DNA of 51,152 nt from a virus (IMGVR_UViG_3300044822_000018:1-51152), one strand, 5' to 3'. Numbered from the stretch's first letter, positions 36,883 through 47,115 are shown. Numbers and translations: made by a program. The notes: a model not told the origin generated them from the sequence alone.

Positions 36883-36897
36883 GCTGCTCCTATCTTA

Positions 36898-37143
36898 TCA
36901 CAGTATCGGAACCCAGGCGGTTCCGTTAGAGCGGTAAATAAATGTGCCCGATACTCCGTCACTTCGGAGATAGATCGAGCCTGCTGCTTGAATTTGCTGG
37001 TTGTCGGGAACTCCCGCGCCGATTGTGATTGTGCCCGCAGGTAACGTGGTGACGTTAGTGGTTAAAGGGTTAATTGCGCGAGGGCCAGTCTTAACGCTGT
37101 ACTGAAGCTGTGAGCTTTGTGACGAGTTTTGTTTAGCGGGCAT
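36898..37143 (-). CDS. small tail-associated protein
   Basis: TAATG coupling; GSIYLRSDG...YRSNGTAW motif seen in fibre modules. Confidence 0.55.
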   Translation of the reverse strand: MPAKQNSSQSSQLQYSVKTGPRAINPLTTNVTTLPAGTITIGAGVPDNQQIQAAGSIYLRSDGVSGTFIYRSNGTAWVPIL

Positions 37144-39167
37144 TATGATTGCTGTAGCCATGCTCTTTCTTGCGTACCTGCAACTGTTACCGAATAAATA
37201 ACAGGCGGCGTAGTTGTCGCAGTAGATTGTATGCTGACATATAATTGTGCGCTAAATCCGCGTGCGTTGGCCTGCGGAATAGGGATTATTTGACTTGGGC
37301 CTTTGCTTAGATCGACAGTTATGTTCGTCGTAACTGTTCCGCCAAATCCAAGTACGTCAAGTTTAATTTCTGCTGTATTAACTTGGACAGGCGCTTCAAC
37401 GCAAATATAGTGATAGCTCTTTTCAATCCAAGGCGTCTGCGACGATTCGACGCCTGTTTGCCATACTGCCGTCGCCGGATTGCCCAAGTCACCGTCGCGG
37501 GCAAACCAGGCATCTAACGCAGGCGTCGTCGTGCGCGAGGCTACAACGTAGTTGTGCCTAGGCGTAATGGCTTTGCCGTTGGCGTCTGTCGGCGGCGCTG
37601 ATTCTGATGGCACGCTAACTGCCGACAAGCAAGCATACGGCAACGGCGAAATCCATTCTTGACTTGGCAAGTAATAGCCCAGAGTCACGTTAGAAGCCGG
37701 AAAAGAAAGCCAGTATGTTCGATCAGCGAAGAATCCAACGGCGTTTTGTTGATCGGCAACAGGTATCTGCTCTATAAAACCGCGCACTTTTTCGCCGATA
37801 TAAAGCGGCGTATTGCCATCAAACTGATAGACGCCTTCTTCTGAAAGCCAGAACACGACGCCTTGACAGTTACATACTGACTGTTGAGACACGCAGCCTA
37901 TATCAGCGGCCTTGATTACTATAAAAGTTGCGGGATCGTTGCCAAATAGCAACCAAAAAGTGCGCTGCTTAAATAATACGGCACAGCTTGCTAGACTCAC
38001 GGCAGCAACAGGCAAATCGCCAAAGTACCTAGGCAGCACAGAGCTAGGCGGGTTCGGCACACCAGAATTGCCAACAAGAGTTACGGAGTCGGCCTTGTTA
38101 AACGACCAGGGCAAGCCGTAATCAGACCACCAAAGCTGAATCTGCGGCTGATTTAACGTGTCTGCGTTGTTGACTACTAGAAAACAAAACAATCTTTCGA
38201 CGTGTTGAAACACGACGCCTGTTGCGACAGCGTTGCTAACTGTCGTGGTAAACGGCGGTGGATCGTGATTTAAGTCAAGCTGTGCGTTACTAGCAATAGC
38301 GCCGTCGGCTACGTCGTCGCTGTACGCCGCGTTCCCTGTTAAGCCCGACGCGATTAGAAACCACGTAGGCTGGTTTGTGCTAAGGCGATAAATATTTGTC
38401 TTGTACGTCGAGCCGTCTGCGTTAGTGCCTGACCAAGTATGCCCCGCGAGCAAGTTAATAACTGAGTATGTGGGCGCGCTTGTTGTAGACACCCCTGCGA
38501 GAACATAGTCACGATAAATAAACTCGCCGTCTATCGTGTTTTCGCCATAATTACCTGGCAAAGTCAACAGGCTATCGGGACTTGTTTCTTGGGTTGTGCC
38601 GTCTGCATACGTAACTGTGCGCGTCAGCGTGTAAAAATATATGCCTTGCGCGAGTGCGACGTAACTCCCACTTGGCGTCGTACTAACGCAGTTTATGTCC
38701 GTGCCAATTAGATAAGCTGTAGGCGGCTGCTGCCATATATAGATTGACCCGTCGCGAATTTGTGTGCCGTTGTTTAGGTACAAAGCTGTTCCGTATTGAG
38801 CCGCTGAATTAAACGAAGCTGTGTACTGCAAACTTGCTAACGTGGCAGTTTGCGTGTTGTACACGCCTGTTATGTAATATATGCTACTGGCAGGTTCATA
38901 ATACGGCGCGCAAAAAACTACAAAACGCTGATCTTCTTTTGGCGTAAAACTTGTTACGAACGTAATCGGACTTGTTGTCGGTATGCCAGAAACTTCTATA
39001 GGTACGCGACCACGTTGCACCATCATAGCGGCTAAGACGCGGTGCGTATCGACATTAATTGAACCCGATGAAGCGTCTGCGGGGTCGATATACTCGTCGG
39101 CGGCTGTTGCGTCGTAACCCTTAAACGGTCCTACACGTATAAGCGCTTGATATTTTTCGCTTGGCAT
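37143..39167 (-). CDS. tail nozzle / DNA stabilisation protein (P22 gp10-like)
   Basis: 674 aa; LWWSD, DIGCVSQQSV, VFWLSEEGVYQFDG, IGEKVR beta-propeller pattern. Confidence 0.8.
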   Translation of the reverse strand: MPSEKYQALIRVGPFKGYDATAADEYIDPADASSGSINVDTHRVLAAMMVQRGRVPIEVSGIPTTSPITFVTSFTPKEDQRFVVFCAPYYEPASSIYYITGVYNTQTATLASLQYTASFNSAAQYGTALYLNNGTQIRDGSIYIWQQPPTAYLIGTDINCVSTTPSGSYVALAQGIYFYTLTRTVTYADGTTQETSPDSLLTLPGNYGENTIDGEFIYRDYVLAGVSTTSAPTYSVINLLAGHTWSGTNADGSTYKTNIYRLSTNQPTWFLIASGLTGNAAYSDDVADGAIASNAQLDLNHDPPPFTTTVSNAVATGVVFQHVERLFCFLVVNNADTLNQPQIQLWWSDYGLPWSFNKADSVTLVGNSGVPNPPSSVLPRYFGDLPVAAVSLASCAVLFKQRTFWLLFGNDPATFIVIKAADIGCVSQQSVCNCQGVVFWLSEEGVYQFDGNTPLYIGEKVRGFIEQIPVADQQNAVGFFADRTYWLSFPASNVTLGYYLPSQEWISPLPYACLSAVSVPSESAPPTDANGKAITPRHNYVVASRTTTPALDAWFARDGDLGNPATAVWQTGVESSQTPWIEKSYHYICVEAPVQVNTAEIKLDVLGFGGTVTTNITVDLSKGPSQIIPIPQANARGFSAQLYVSIQSTATTTPPVIYSVTVAGTQERAWLQQS

Positions 39168-40514
39168 TTAATAGCCAATGAGTTCGAGCGTAAACGGCTG
39201 ACTAGGCGTAGACGAGCCCACATAAACAGTTTGAGGATTAGCCCAATTCGCGTTAAACAAGGTGCCACCAAGCGGCGAAAACCAAACGCCGTTGCCGTTA
39301 GTTTGAGCTATGCCGTTGACGCCAAAACTTGACAAATTCGTATTAACCGCCGTAAACGCCGCTACGCCTGTTGGCAGCGTGATCGTTGCACAGTAATACA
39401 TACCCGTAGGATAGTACGGCCCACAGCCAGTTTGTGCCGTGCTGGGCGTTTGCGGGTAAAGCATCACAATGTGCGGCGCGTTGATGGGGTTGCCGTTTTG
39501 GTCATAAGCTAAAAGCGTCGTGCCGCCGATGGTATGCAATATGCCGTTAGAATCGAGCCAAAATACTTTCGCCGCCTGTCCTGGCGAATAAACTTGAATC
39601 ATATCGGCTGTTTGGCCGTTTTGTTCGAGCATGGTCAGCGGGACTTGCATCGTCGTGCGGCCATATAAATTAGCCGTGCCGTTGTATTGCCCGCCGCCAG
39701 GGATGAGCGGGATCGTCGTTGGGCTTGTGCTGGGTTGTGGCGTAGGCGTGGCCGGAGGCGTCGGCGTGGCACTAGGACTCGGCGAAGGCGACGGCGTGCC
39801 GTCAGGCGGCGCGACGGCCCCTGTCGTGAGCGTGTAGCCTTGCAGGCCGATGAAAGCGTTCGCGCCGTCACAGTTGGCCCCATTATTGACGTAGGAGAAC
39901 GTCATGCCCGAGTTAGCCGCCGCCGTCGTGAACTGAACCGAGATTGTATTGTTTTGCCGAGAAAACGTGTTTTGCGAAATCGTGCCGGATTGCGGCGTAA
40001 AACTGTTGTCGTCTGCGCTAACTGTCCAAGTCGCGTTCGAGCAATAATTTTGCACAAAAGCGTTGAACGTATAAGTCTGATTCGCCGATAAGCCCGTATT
40101 ACCGCCGCCGCCAGTTAAGCCCGTATCTATCGTGAAAGAGCCCGACCCGCCTGTTATGATGCTTGTATACGGATCAGCCGTTCCCGTTGTGTTGGGCAAA
40201 GCGCCGTCTGTCCAAGTCGCTAACGGTCCGCCGCTTGATGAAGAAATAGAAATTCCGGACGGCGCAACGATGACTGTCGTATATGTCGTCGAAGCTTTGA
40301 ACGCAACTACGTCGCCGCTAAACTCATAGCCGTAACCAATGCCGCCAGGAGACGTGCCGCCCGACAAGTTTGTGTAATTGTGCGTGACGCTGCCTGTCGG
40401 CGTCACAACGACAACGACGCCCGCCGCTGTGCTGCTTGCCAGCGTCGTGCAAACGCCGAATAGGATTAACGCGATGCAGAGCGCGCGATAAAATCTAATA
40501 GCCAATCGCGACAT
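39168..40514 (-). CDS. signal-peptide-bearing tail-fibre-like protein
   Basis: Hydrophobic N-terminus, T/G/S-rich beta domain, PSPSPTP linker, C-terminus ending LELIGY. Confidence 0.55.
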   Translation of the reverse strand: MSRLAIRFYRALCIALILFGVCTTLASSTAAGVVVVVTPTGSVTHNYTNLSGGTSPGGIGYGYEFSGDVVAFKASTTYTTVIVAPSGISISSSSGGPLATWTDGALPNTTGTADPYTSIITGGSGSFTIDTGLTGGGGNTGLSANQTYTFNAFVQNYCSNATWTVSADDNSFTPQSGTISQNTFSRQNNTISVQFTTAAANSGMTFSYVNNGANCDGANAFIGLQGYTLTTGAVAPPDGTPSPSPSPSATPTPPATPTPQPSTSPTTIPLIPGGGQYNGTANLYGRTTMQVPLTMLEQNGQTADMIQVYSPGQAAKVFWLDSNGILHTIGGTTLLAYDQNGNPINAPHIVMLYPQTPSTAQTGCGPYYPTGMYYCATITLPTGVAAFTAVNTNLSSFGVNGIAQTNGNGVWFSPLGGTLFNANWANPQTVYVGSSTPSQPFTLELIGY

Positions 40515-40854
40515 AATACACCGTGCAAGTTGATCCTGTGTTACCGCCTGAAACAGACACGCTAAAGCCTGCCGTGTTTGGCGGTCCGTATGCCTCGGGC
40601 GTTAAGCTAAACCCAGACGGACTTGTGCCAGGGGTGCCAATCGAAAGCTGCAACGAGACAAGTGCGTTTGGAAACACTTCTGGAAAAGCAACGACAGCCG
40701 CCGCAGAAGCATCGCCCGCAACGCCTTGAACTTGGCCCCATTGAAAAGTATACGGCGTCGAACCCGTGCCGATAAAAGTCAGCGAGTTGTTGCCTGTTAC
40801 GGGTTCATAACTACCTGGCGCGAACGGCAACGGTGTGAAATAGCTCATTCCCAT
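40495..40854 (-). CDS. gp53-like / H-lectin-like fibre-tip domain protein
   Basis: FQWG...VAFPEVFPNA...GFSV...VYYVAIGY. Confidence 0.7.
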   Translation of the reverse strand: MGMSYFTPLPFAPGSYEPVTGNNSLTFIGTGSTPYTFQWGQVQGVAGDASAAAVVAFPEVFPNALVSLQLSIGTPGTSPSGFSLTPEAYGPPNTAGFSVSVSGGNTGSTCTVYYVAIGY

Positions 40855-41690
40855 TCTCCCGTATAGCCGTATGCCTTGTGGTTGCCTTTAATATAAAAGC
40901 TGCGATTTGTACGCACTTTGGGCGCGCGGGCATCGTCGCCTGTTCTACGCCTGTTCCAAGTGCGTAAATTACGCATTTCTTTTTCGTATTCGCCTGCCGC
41001 ATAGTTGCGCGCCTCGGCGGCTTTGTCTGAATCGTCAGAAAATTTAGCGTACTCGCACATCTTCCAGACGATAGCGTTCACAAAGTTTATCGGAAAATAC
41101 GTCGCGTCTGTTAGCAAAACCAAATCCGGCACAACAGGCACGCCATACATCGTGATAGTGCCCGCGCCACCGGGCGCTGGCTGTATGCCGAGATAGCCGC
41201 CGTCCCAGTAATACTCCGGCGCAAAGCCGCCATACCAGGGCGAGCCCGGTCCTGCCGCGCCAATGCCCTGGTAGGGAAAAATCGACGGAGCCGCGCTGAT
41301 CCAAGCCGGAGCGAACTGACCGGTGACACCGCCAGGTATTTCTACGCCTGTGGCTGTCGGCAGCATCGTGCCGCTCGAATCGTTAACGCCGATTTGCTGC
41401 CCAGACATAATTTTTTTAGTCGTGCGCGGGCACAGTTGGCCGTTAACAAATACGGCGTCTGTTGTGATTACAACAGGCGAGATTTGATACGTTGCCTGGT
41501 TAGGAATAATAGTTATGTCCCAACGCGCTTGCGGAAACAGCACGTCGCGGTTGACGGCTTTGCAAGCGTCGTTTGCGAAACTAATCATGGAATTGTCAGA
41601 CCAACGACCGTTTGACGATGGGTCGTTAAGACGCAAACGCGCCTTGCTAACTAAGTCCGAGCATTGAAGATTCGCGCCGATAACAGGCAT
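40845..41690 (-). CDS. head-tail adaptor (tail tubular A-like)
   Basis: LVSKARLRLND...WSDNSMISFANDA...YLGIQPAP...FVNAIVWKMCEYA. Confidence 0.75.
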   Translation of the reverse strand: MPVIGANLQCSDLVSKARLRLNDPSSNGRWSDNSMISFANDACKAVNRDVLFPQARWDITIIPNQATYQISPVVITTDAVFVNGQLCPRTTKKIMSGQQIGVNDSSGTMLPTATGVEIPGGVTGQFAPAWISAAPSIFPYQGIGAAGPGSPWYGGFAPEYYWDGGYLGIQPAPGGAGTITMYGVPVVPDLVLLTDATYFPINFVNAIVWKMCEYAKFSDDSDKAAEARNYAAGEYEKEMRNLRTWNRRRTGDDARAPKVRTNRSFYIKGNHKAYGYTGEWE

Positions 41691-44281
41691 TATGGGAACG
41701 GGTTCCCTTCACAGAGTGGTGCGCCTGTGGGGTTCGGGTTCGGCGTGTATCCGGTCGGGCACACGACAGGTTGCGGCGTCGCGGGGTTTGGCGTGCTGCC
41801 GGTGACGTTACCGATTTGCAGAATGATCGGCATATCCCAAACAGGCACGACGACACTCGCCAAACCAGTGTACGCCGTCAATGGAGTCGTTGTTACTGCG
41901 CCGGTTAGCGGATTGATGGCCCACGTCGTGTAGCTCGCGTTGGCTTGATTAAATCTAATAGTCGGTGTTGTCGTGGGCACCGCGATGGGGGCGAGCGGCG
42001 ATGACTGCTCAAAACCCCCATCATTCTTCCAAACAACTAACCAAAAGCTGCCATCGGCTTTTTCAAGCAACAGGCTTTTCACGTCGCTTGTGCCGTCGAT
42101 GTAATACGACAGCGATGCGTGCGGTAACGTGGCGGTGCTTGGGAATGTGTCGCCAGGGTCGTTGAGAATTTGAGAAAACGCACGCATCGACGTATACGCT
42201 GGTGTCGGGTTGAGATACCCGTCTAATAAAGCGTAGAAGTCCGAGTTATTTTCCATCGCCAGGTCGTAGATGTACACGCCATCTGCGCCGTCAGACTCAC
42301 CTTGCAGCATTGCGCGCATCGTGTACTTTGATTTGGTTGGGAAGTCGATGTACGCCGGTTGATTGCCATACGTACCATTTGCGTCATACGCACCTTCTTC
42401 GCTGACCACGACGGGCTGCACGGGGGAACTGCCGCAAATAATTTGTGTCGTAGCCATCGTTTGTGCGAGGCCCGATTCACCGGGCACAACCGTAACGTCA
42501 GGGTTGCCGACACCTGCAAAGGTATACCCGTGCAGGTTACACAGGTCCGTATACGTGCCCGGCTGCACGCCTTGCGACGTGTAATAGTTCGCCAGTGTAT
42601 TAAAGTCGAGATTGTCGCTGGCAAAGATAACCGGCGATGAAATTAGCTTAACGCTATGCGGAAACGGGCTTGCTGTTGGGCCGTAGCTGACCGAGCGCGC
42701 GCTTGACATCGCCTGCTGATTGGCGAACACGTAGGCCGCCCAATTCGACGACGTGCAAGGCGTGCCGCCAGTTGTTGGATTAGGCGTCGCGTTCGTGCTA
42801 GACCCGCATGACGCCGCAGCGGGCGACGGCGAGGCTAGGGGCAGAGTTCCGACAAATGTTCCAACTGTTGCGTTCGGATGCGGTGCTGCGGTGCTGCCGG
42901 TGTTTCCGCCGTGTTCGTAAGAGCCGTCCCCCGATGCGTTGTATTCGTTGAGTCCCTCGAATCCGCGCATGGCTAACGGGGTCGTGCCATTGTCCGTAAC
43001 GCAGTTATAAAGCGTCGTTAGGCTTGCGATGGTGCTGTAATCGACGGTGCCCGACTCAATGTCGTAGCCGAGCGGAACGAGCGTATTCTGATACCAGCCG
43101 CAGATCGTCGATACGCTCTCGGAGCCGAGCCCGTCGCGAAGATGGCGGAATACCATATCGGCCATGATATTACGGCCCGTTCCGGTTGCACCCGAGATGA
43201 GCGTGTTGCCGTTGGGTGCCGGGGTTGTGGCGTAATAGTAGAAGGCACCACCGCCGCTGTCTTGGTAGGAGAAGTGCGTATTAACGCCCTCATTGTAGAG
43301 CAGCGTGTTTGCGGGAATTGCTACAACCGGAATCGGGCTGGGATAGGGCGTTGCGGGTACGATAGACGGGCCAGGTAAAACCGATAGCGTTTCGTTTAGA
43401 ATATTTTTGGATGCAGGCCAAACGCTGTATCCAAGTTCCGACCCAAAGTACGACGCGGCGGCGTTGCTTGTCGTGGTTGGGTACGTCGCTTGTGCGTAAA
43501 CAATGTTCGAGTAGTCGACCGTCGTTGGACCGACGCCCTCAACGCTTTCGCCTGTCGTGTTGCCGACGCTGTTGCCGTTTGAGAAGTAAAACGGAGGATA
43601 CATGACGGCACTTGGATAGTACGTGCCGTCTAAACCGTTAAAGTCCCAAGCCTGCAAGACATAGGTGCCCGCTGTAGCCGACGAGATCGTGTTGCCGGAA
43701 AGAGTTTTGTTGGCCGAACTCGTCCAGGGTCCCGTTGTCGCGGCAACCGATGGCAGCGGATTTGGAACAGTTGCCGTTACGCTGCCAGGGCATCCGTTGG
43801 CATTTGCCAGGTCCACGAGAATCGTTTTTGAGGGCGTGTTGGTGCTACTCGACAGCAGTAAGCTTGCCGTTGTGCCTTCGCCGCTTGCCGCCGCGCATTT
43901 TACCCAAATACCGTATGTTGGGGAGCCGCTAGGCGTCGAGATTTCCGTCCAGCCGCTAATCGTGCCACCGGGCTGCGTCGATGATCCTAACGCTCCCTGT
44001 GCTTCAAAGACAAGCATGTGTGACGAGGACGCAGGCGTGGCGGACAACGATGCCGTGACCGTTTGGCTCCCTAAGTTTGTCGTGTTGACGCCATACCCCG
44101 GAGATTGCGCTGGATACGCCATCGCGAGCGGTGACGCGGTTGGGTACGCCGTGATCGACGGACTCGGTGAGGGCGATGCGCTGGTGACAAATGTCCAGAC
44201 ACCGGCACGACTTGAATTGTCAATCGCAAGGAAAATAGCAAATAAAGCACCTAGTATTGCTAAAATGCGAATTGACTTCAA
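41690..44281 (-). CDS. 863-aa exported protein with clan GH-A-like glycoside hydrolase domain
   Basis: Signal peptide ending SSRA-G; GVNTH, HLRDG, FEGLNEY, NLHGY, VVSEEG, YIYDL. Confidence 0.7.
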   Translation of the reverse strand: MKSIRILAILGALFAIFLAIDNSSRAGVWTFVTSASPSPSPSITAYPTASPLAMAYPAQSPGYGVNTTNLGSQTVTASLSATPASSSHMLVFEAQGALGSSTQPGGTISGWTEISTPSGSPTYGIWVKCAAASGEGTTASLLLSSSTNTPSKTILVDLANANGCPGSVTATVPNPLPSVAATTGPWTSSANKTLSGNTISSATAGTYVLQAWDFNGLDGTYYPSAVMYPPFYFSNGNSVGNTTGESVEGVGPTTVDYSNIVYAQATYPTTTSNAAASYFGSELGYSVWPASKNILNETLSVLPGPSIVPATPYPSPIPVVAIPANTLLYNEGVNTHFSYQDSGGGAFYYYATTPAPNGNTLISGATGTGRNIMADMVFRHLRDGLGSESVSTICGWYQNTLVPLGYDIESGTVDYSTIASLTTLYNCVTDNGTTPLAMRGFEGLNEYNASGDGSYEHGGNTGSTAAPHPNATVGTFVGTLPLASPSPAAASCGSSTNATPNPTTGGTPCTSSNWAAYVFANQQAMSSARSVSYGPTASPFPHSVKLISSPVIFASDNLDFNTLANYYTSQGVQPGTYTDLCNLHGYTFAGVGNPDVTVVPGESGLAQTMATTQIICGSSPVQPVVVSEEGAYDANGTYGNQPAYIDFPTKSKYTMRAMLQGESDGADGVYIYDLAMENNSDFYALLDGYLNPTPAYTSMRAFSQILNDPGDTFPSTATLPHASLSYYIDGTSDVKSLLLEKADGSFWLVVWKNDGGFEQSSPLAPIAVPTTTPTIRFNQANASYTTWAINPLTGAVTTTPLTAYTGLASVVVPVWDMPIILQIGNVTGSTPNPATPQPVVCPTGYTPNPNPTGAPLCEGNPFP

Positions 44282-44290
44282 GGTATTTTC

Positions 44291-45964
44291 CTAGAACTGA
44301 CTGTACGTGATAATGCCGTTCACGCCGCCAGTTCCCGTCACAACGAGGCACAATGAACGAGTAGTGGCTAATGGAGCTAGAATTGTTCCAATAGCTCCAC
44401 CGTAATTGGTACTAGCGGCGTATGCGCCTGTTATGTCAGTTGTACCGCTCCCACACGTTGCGCTTGAACTTGACTGAAGTTTAGCAGTTGTAGAGGCTCC
44501 AAGCTGCAACGAAATGCCGCAGACGTAAATATTTTTTGTGGTTGAATAGGTGACAGCGGTCGTCGTCCCGGCTGTCGTAATGTTGTCAATCGCATAACTG
44601 GAATCACACGCAATGGGCGCGTTGCCGCCTGTTGAGTTTTGCGTCGTTGCGACAATGCCAGCGTTGTGCTTAAAACCATCGATATTCGATGACGACTCAA
44701 CCTGCGAGTCCCACGAGTTTGAACCGCCGCTGTAGAGTTCGCCAAACGAGGCTGTAAAGAGCGAACCCGTTGACGAGTAGTTTTGCCCGGATGGATTAGC
44801 GTTCGATATAACTTGGCCCGCCGAACCGATAATCGACGTAGTCCCAGGGTTGCCGCCCGTATGCCAGTTGATCGTCGCGCTCGTTCCCGCGAAAGACGTC
44901 AGCGCCAGTTTCACGTTGGCGTGCGGCGCGATGTTACAGGTATACGAGTTGTTGACCGTAGTCGAGGCTACAACCCCTCCTGGCGCGTTGCCGGTACACA
45001 TCTGCGACCAGGGGAACGTGCCCGAGCCGTCGTCTGCCGTAAAGGTAAACGTGCCTGTCCAAGTACCGGAAATGTTAAACGCAAGTCCGGCGTAGCCGCC
45101 AACCGGAATAATGACGCTGCCATTAGCGGTTAATGTCTGCGAACCGGATTGACTGCCCGCATCGGTAACAAGATCACCTGTGGCTGCGGTTTGATTGACG
45201 GCGGCGCTGTTTGAGCCCGAAATCGGCCACAAGCCGCTGCTTGTCACGGTACCGGATACCGCGATAGGCGTCATGCCGGTAATGCCTTGAATCGTCTGTA
45301 CGCCCGTTGCAGGCGTTCCCGCTGCTCCCGAGCCTATAGTTGTAACACTGCCAGCTAAAGAAACTGGAACAGTCGTCGCTATCGAAACGGGCTGCGTGGC
45401 CTGGTAAAAATTTCCCGTAACCGGCACAGAAGTCGCAAGAGACACGGGCACAGTCGTGGCAATCGAAACTGGCTGAGTTGCTTGATAAAACGTACCCGAC
45501 ACAGGCACAGCGATGCCGCCTGTTATGCCTTGAATAGCCTGCGCGACTGTGCCGTTCGTGCCAGCCGCCGTAACTGAGCCGCCTGTCGAACCGCCGCCTG
45601 TTACGACGTTGACTTTGAGATTGCCACTTGCGTCAAGTTGAACGGGCGCAAATTGACCATTGGTAAGAGTTGGCGCGCTTGAATTATAAATACCGCCTGC
45701 GCCTAGAAAAGACTGAATGGTGGCAGTTTGACCGCTCGTTGTGCCCGAATACGGGAACGTGACTGTTGCGGTGCCGCCTCCCGATATGACGTTGACGTTA
45801 AGCGCGTTAGCCGATGTGCCAATAGCCGAATTACACGTTGGTACGTTAAGAACAGTTGCCAGGGCCGCAGTATACGCGCAAGTCGCGCCGTCGGCTTTGG
45901 CGATTTGCGGATAGGCAAAAGCGCACAAAAAAAGCGCGAAAGCTAGTAAATTACGAAACCGCAA
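44291..45964 (-). CDS. signal-peptide-bearing fibre-like protein
   Basis: TTG start after AGGTGG; LLAFALFLCAFAYPQIAKA-D; FYQATQPVS repeats; T/G/S-rich. Confidence 0.65.
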   Translation of the reverse strand: MRFRNLLAFALFLCAFAYPQIAKADGATCAYTAALATVLNVPTCNSAIGTSANALNVNVISGGGTATVTFPYSGTTSGQTATIQSFLGAGGIYNSSAPTLTNGQFAPVQLDASGNLKVNVVTGGGSTGGSVTAAGTNGTVAQAIQGITGGIAVPVSGTFYQATQPVSIATTVPVSLATSVPVTGNFYQATQPVSIATTVPVSLAGSVTTIGSGAAGTPATGVQTIQGITGMTPIAVSGTVTSSGLWPISGSNSAAVNQTAATGDLVTDAGSQSGSQTLTANGSVIIPVGGYAGLAFNISGTWTGTFTFTADDGSGTFPWSQMCTGNAPGGVVASTTVNNSYTCNIAPHANVKLALTSFAGTSATINWHTGGNPGTTSIIGSAGQVISNANPSGQNYSSTGSLFTASFGELYSGGSNSWDSQVESSSNIDGFKHNAGIVATTQNSTGGNAPIACDSSYAIDNITTAGTTTAVTYSTTKNIYVCGISLQLGASTTAKLQSSSSATCGSGTTDITGAYAASTNYGGAIGTILAPLATTRSLCLVVTGTGGVNGIITYSQF

Positions 45965-46457
45965 AACACACCACCTGCACACCGTTTGTCGGCGCTGATC
46001 CACCAGTTAAAATAGTCGCAACGGCGCGCACGGCAACAAGCGGCCAGTTTACGCGCAAAATCGGTGCCGTTCCCGAAAGCATTGGGTTTGCCATGACGCC
46101 TGTTGAGCCTTGTTCGCTAGGTCCGGGCAAAATAAACCACGATGTTAGTAAAGCCGTTGGGCTGGACCCTTTGCCTGTTGGCGTGATATTGACGCCGTTG
46201 ACGTTTTGAGTTGGTTGACCTACGGGCTGACCCGCCACGTAAATAGCGGGGTCTAGCGTGCCATACACAGTCACAGAATAGCCGACTGTTTGCGCGCCAG
46301 GGCCAATAAACTGAAACGCAAAGTCTTTAAAGCCGATAGCCTCGGTCATTTGAATACCCGAGTCTAACGCTGCGCCTGTCGATGCAGGTAAAAGGCTAAG
46401 TAATAGCTCGCCGCCGCGCAGCCCAACGCGGTTTAGTCCCGCGCCTGACGCGCCCAT
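45951..46457 (-). CDS. virion-module hypothetical protein
   Basis: 168 aa, beta-rich, tightly packed after capsid genes. Confidence 0.65.
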   Translation of the reverse strand: MGASGAGLNRVGLRGGELLLSLLPASTGAALDSGIQMTEAIGFKDFAFQFIGPGAQTVGYSVTVYGTLDPAIYVAGQPVGQPTQNVNGVNITPTGKGSSPTALLTSWFILPGPSEQGSTGVMANPMLSGTAPILRVNWPLVAVRAVATILTGGSAPTNGVQVVCFAVS

Positions 46458-46458
46458 T

Positions 46459-47112
46459 TCAGTAGTCTACGCCAGGCAAAACGAGCGATTGTGCGATAAG
46501 AGGATCGCCTGCTACGGCGCGACGTATGCCAACGGGCACAATAGCCATAACGACCTGCGCGCCTGCGCCGATAGAGCCGGTCGAAGCAACAGTCGTAACG
46601 CGCAGCGTAATTTGAATCCCTGCGGGATAAACCGCGTCCCAGTTTGTCGGTACAAAGATGCCCGAACCGCCAGTAGTCGCAAGCGAAAGCCAGCCTACGT
46701 TCGGCGGTGCCTGGCCGATGAGATTGCCCGGCGTATACGCCGTGTTCGACGCTGCGGTATTAGCCGAGTTAAACGGCACATCATTGGCAAAAACACAGTT
46801 GCCTGCGACGGCTGTTACAGCGTTAACGCCCGACGTGTCGAATGTGTCGTTTGGCGCGATGTTGCCTTGTGTATATGCGCCTGAGCCGACCACAAGATTA
46901 AACGAATCGCCGCCCGCTACCGCGTCGATAGACGGCACGTAGATAACAACTTTGCGAATCTTGAAGTTAAACGGCAGAACTTTCAAACTTTGAACAGTTG
47001 CGTTGGCTACGCCCGCTCCGATAGCGCCCGCCGAACTAAGCGACGCTTCGCTCAGCGAATAAAGCGTATCAGAAGTAGGAGTTTCGTTGAGGCCGCGCAG
47101 CGTTACTGGCAT
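46459..47112 (-). CDS. virion-module protein (capsid accessory candidate)
   Basis: 217 aa directly after the MCP gene; GGAG RBS. Confidence 0.65.
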   Translation of the reverse strand: MPVTLRGLNETPTSDTLYSLSEASLSSAGAIGAGVANATVQSLKVLPFNFKIRKVVIYVPSIDAVAGGDSFNLVVGSGAYTQGNIAPNDTFDTSGVNAVTAVAGNCVFANDVPFNSANTAASNTAYTPGNLIGQAPPNVGWLSLATTGGSGIFVPTNWDAVYPAGIQITLRVTTVASTGSIGAGAQVVMAIVPVGIRRAVAGDPLIAQSLVLPGVDY

Positions 47113-47115
47113 TAT

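Noticed and set aside
42076-44425. 2.3-kb gap in the heptamer as evidence of recent gene acquisition
   Set aside because: With about 110 sites at about 450-bp mean spacing, one gap of this size is roughly expected by chance.
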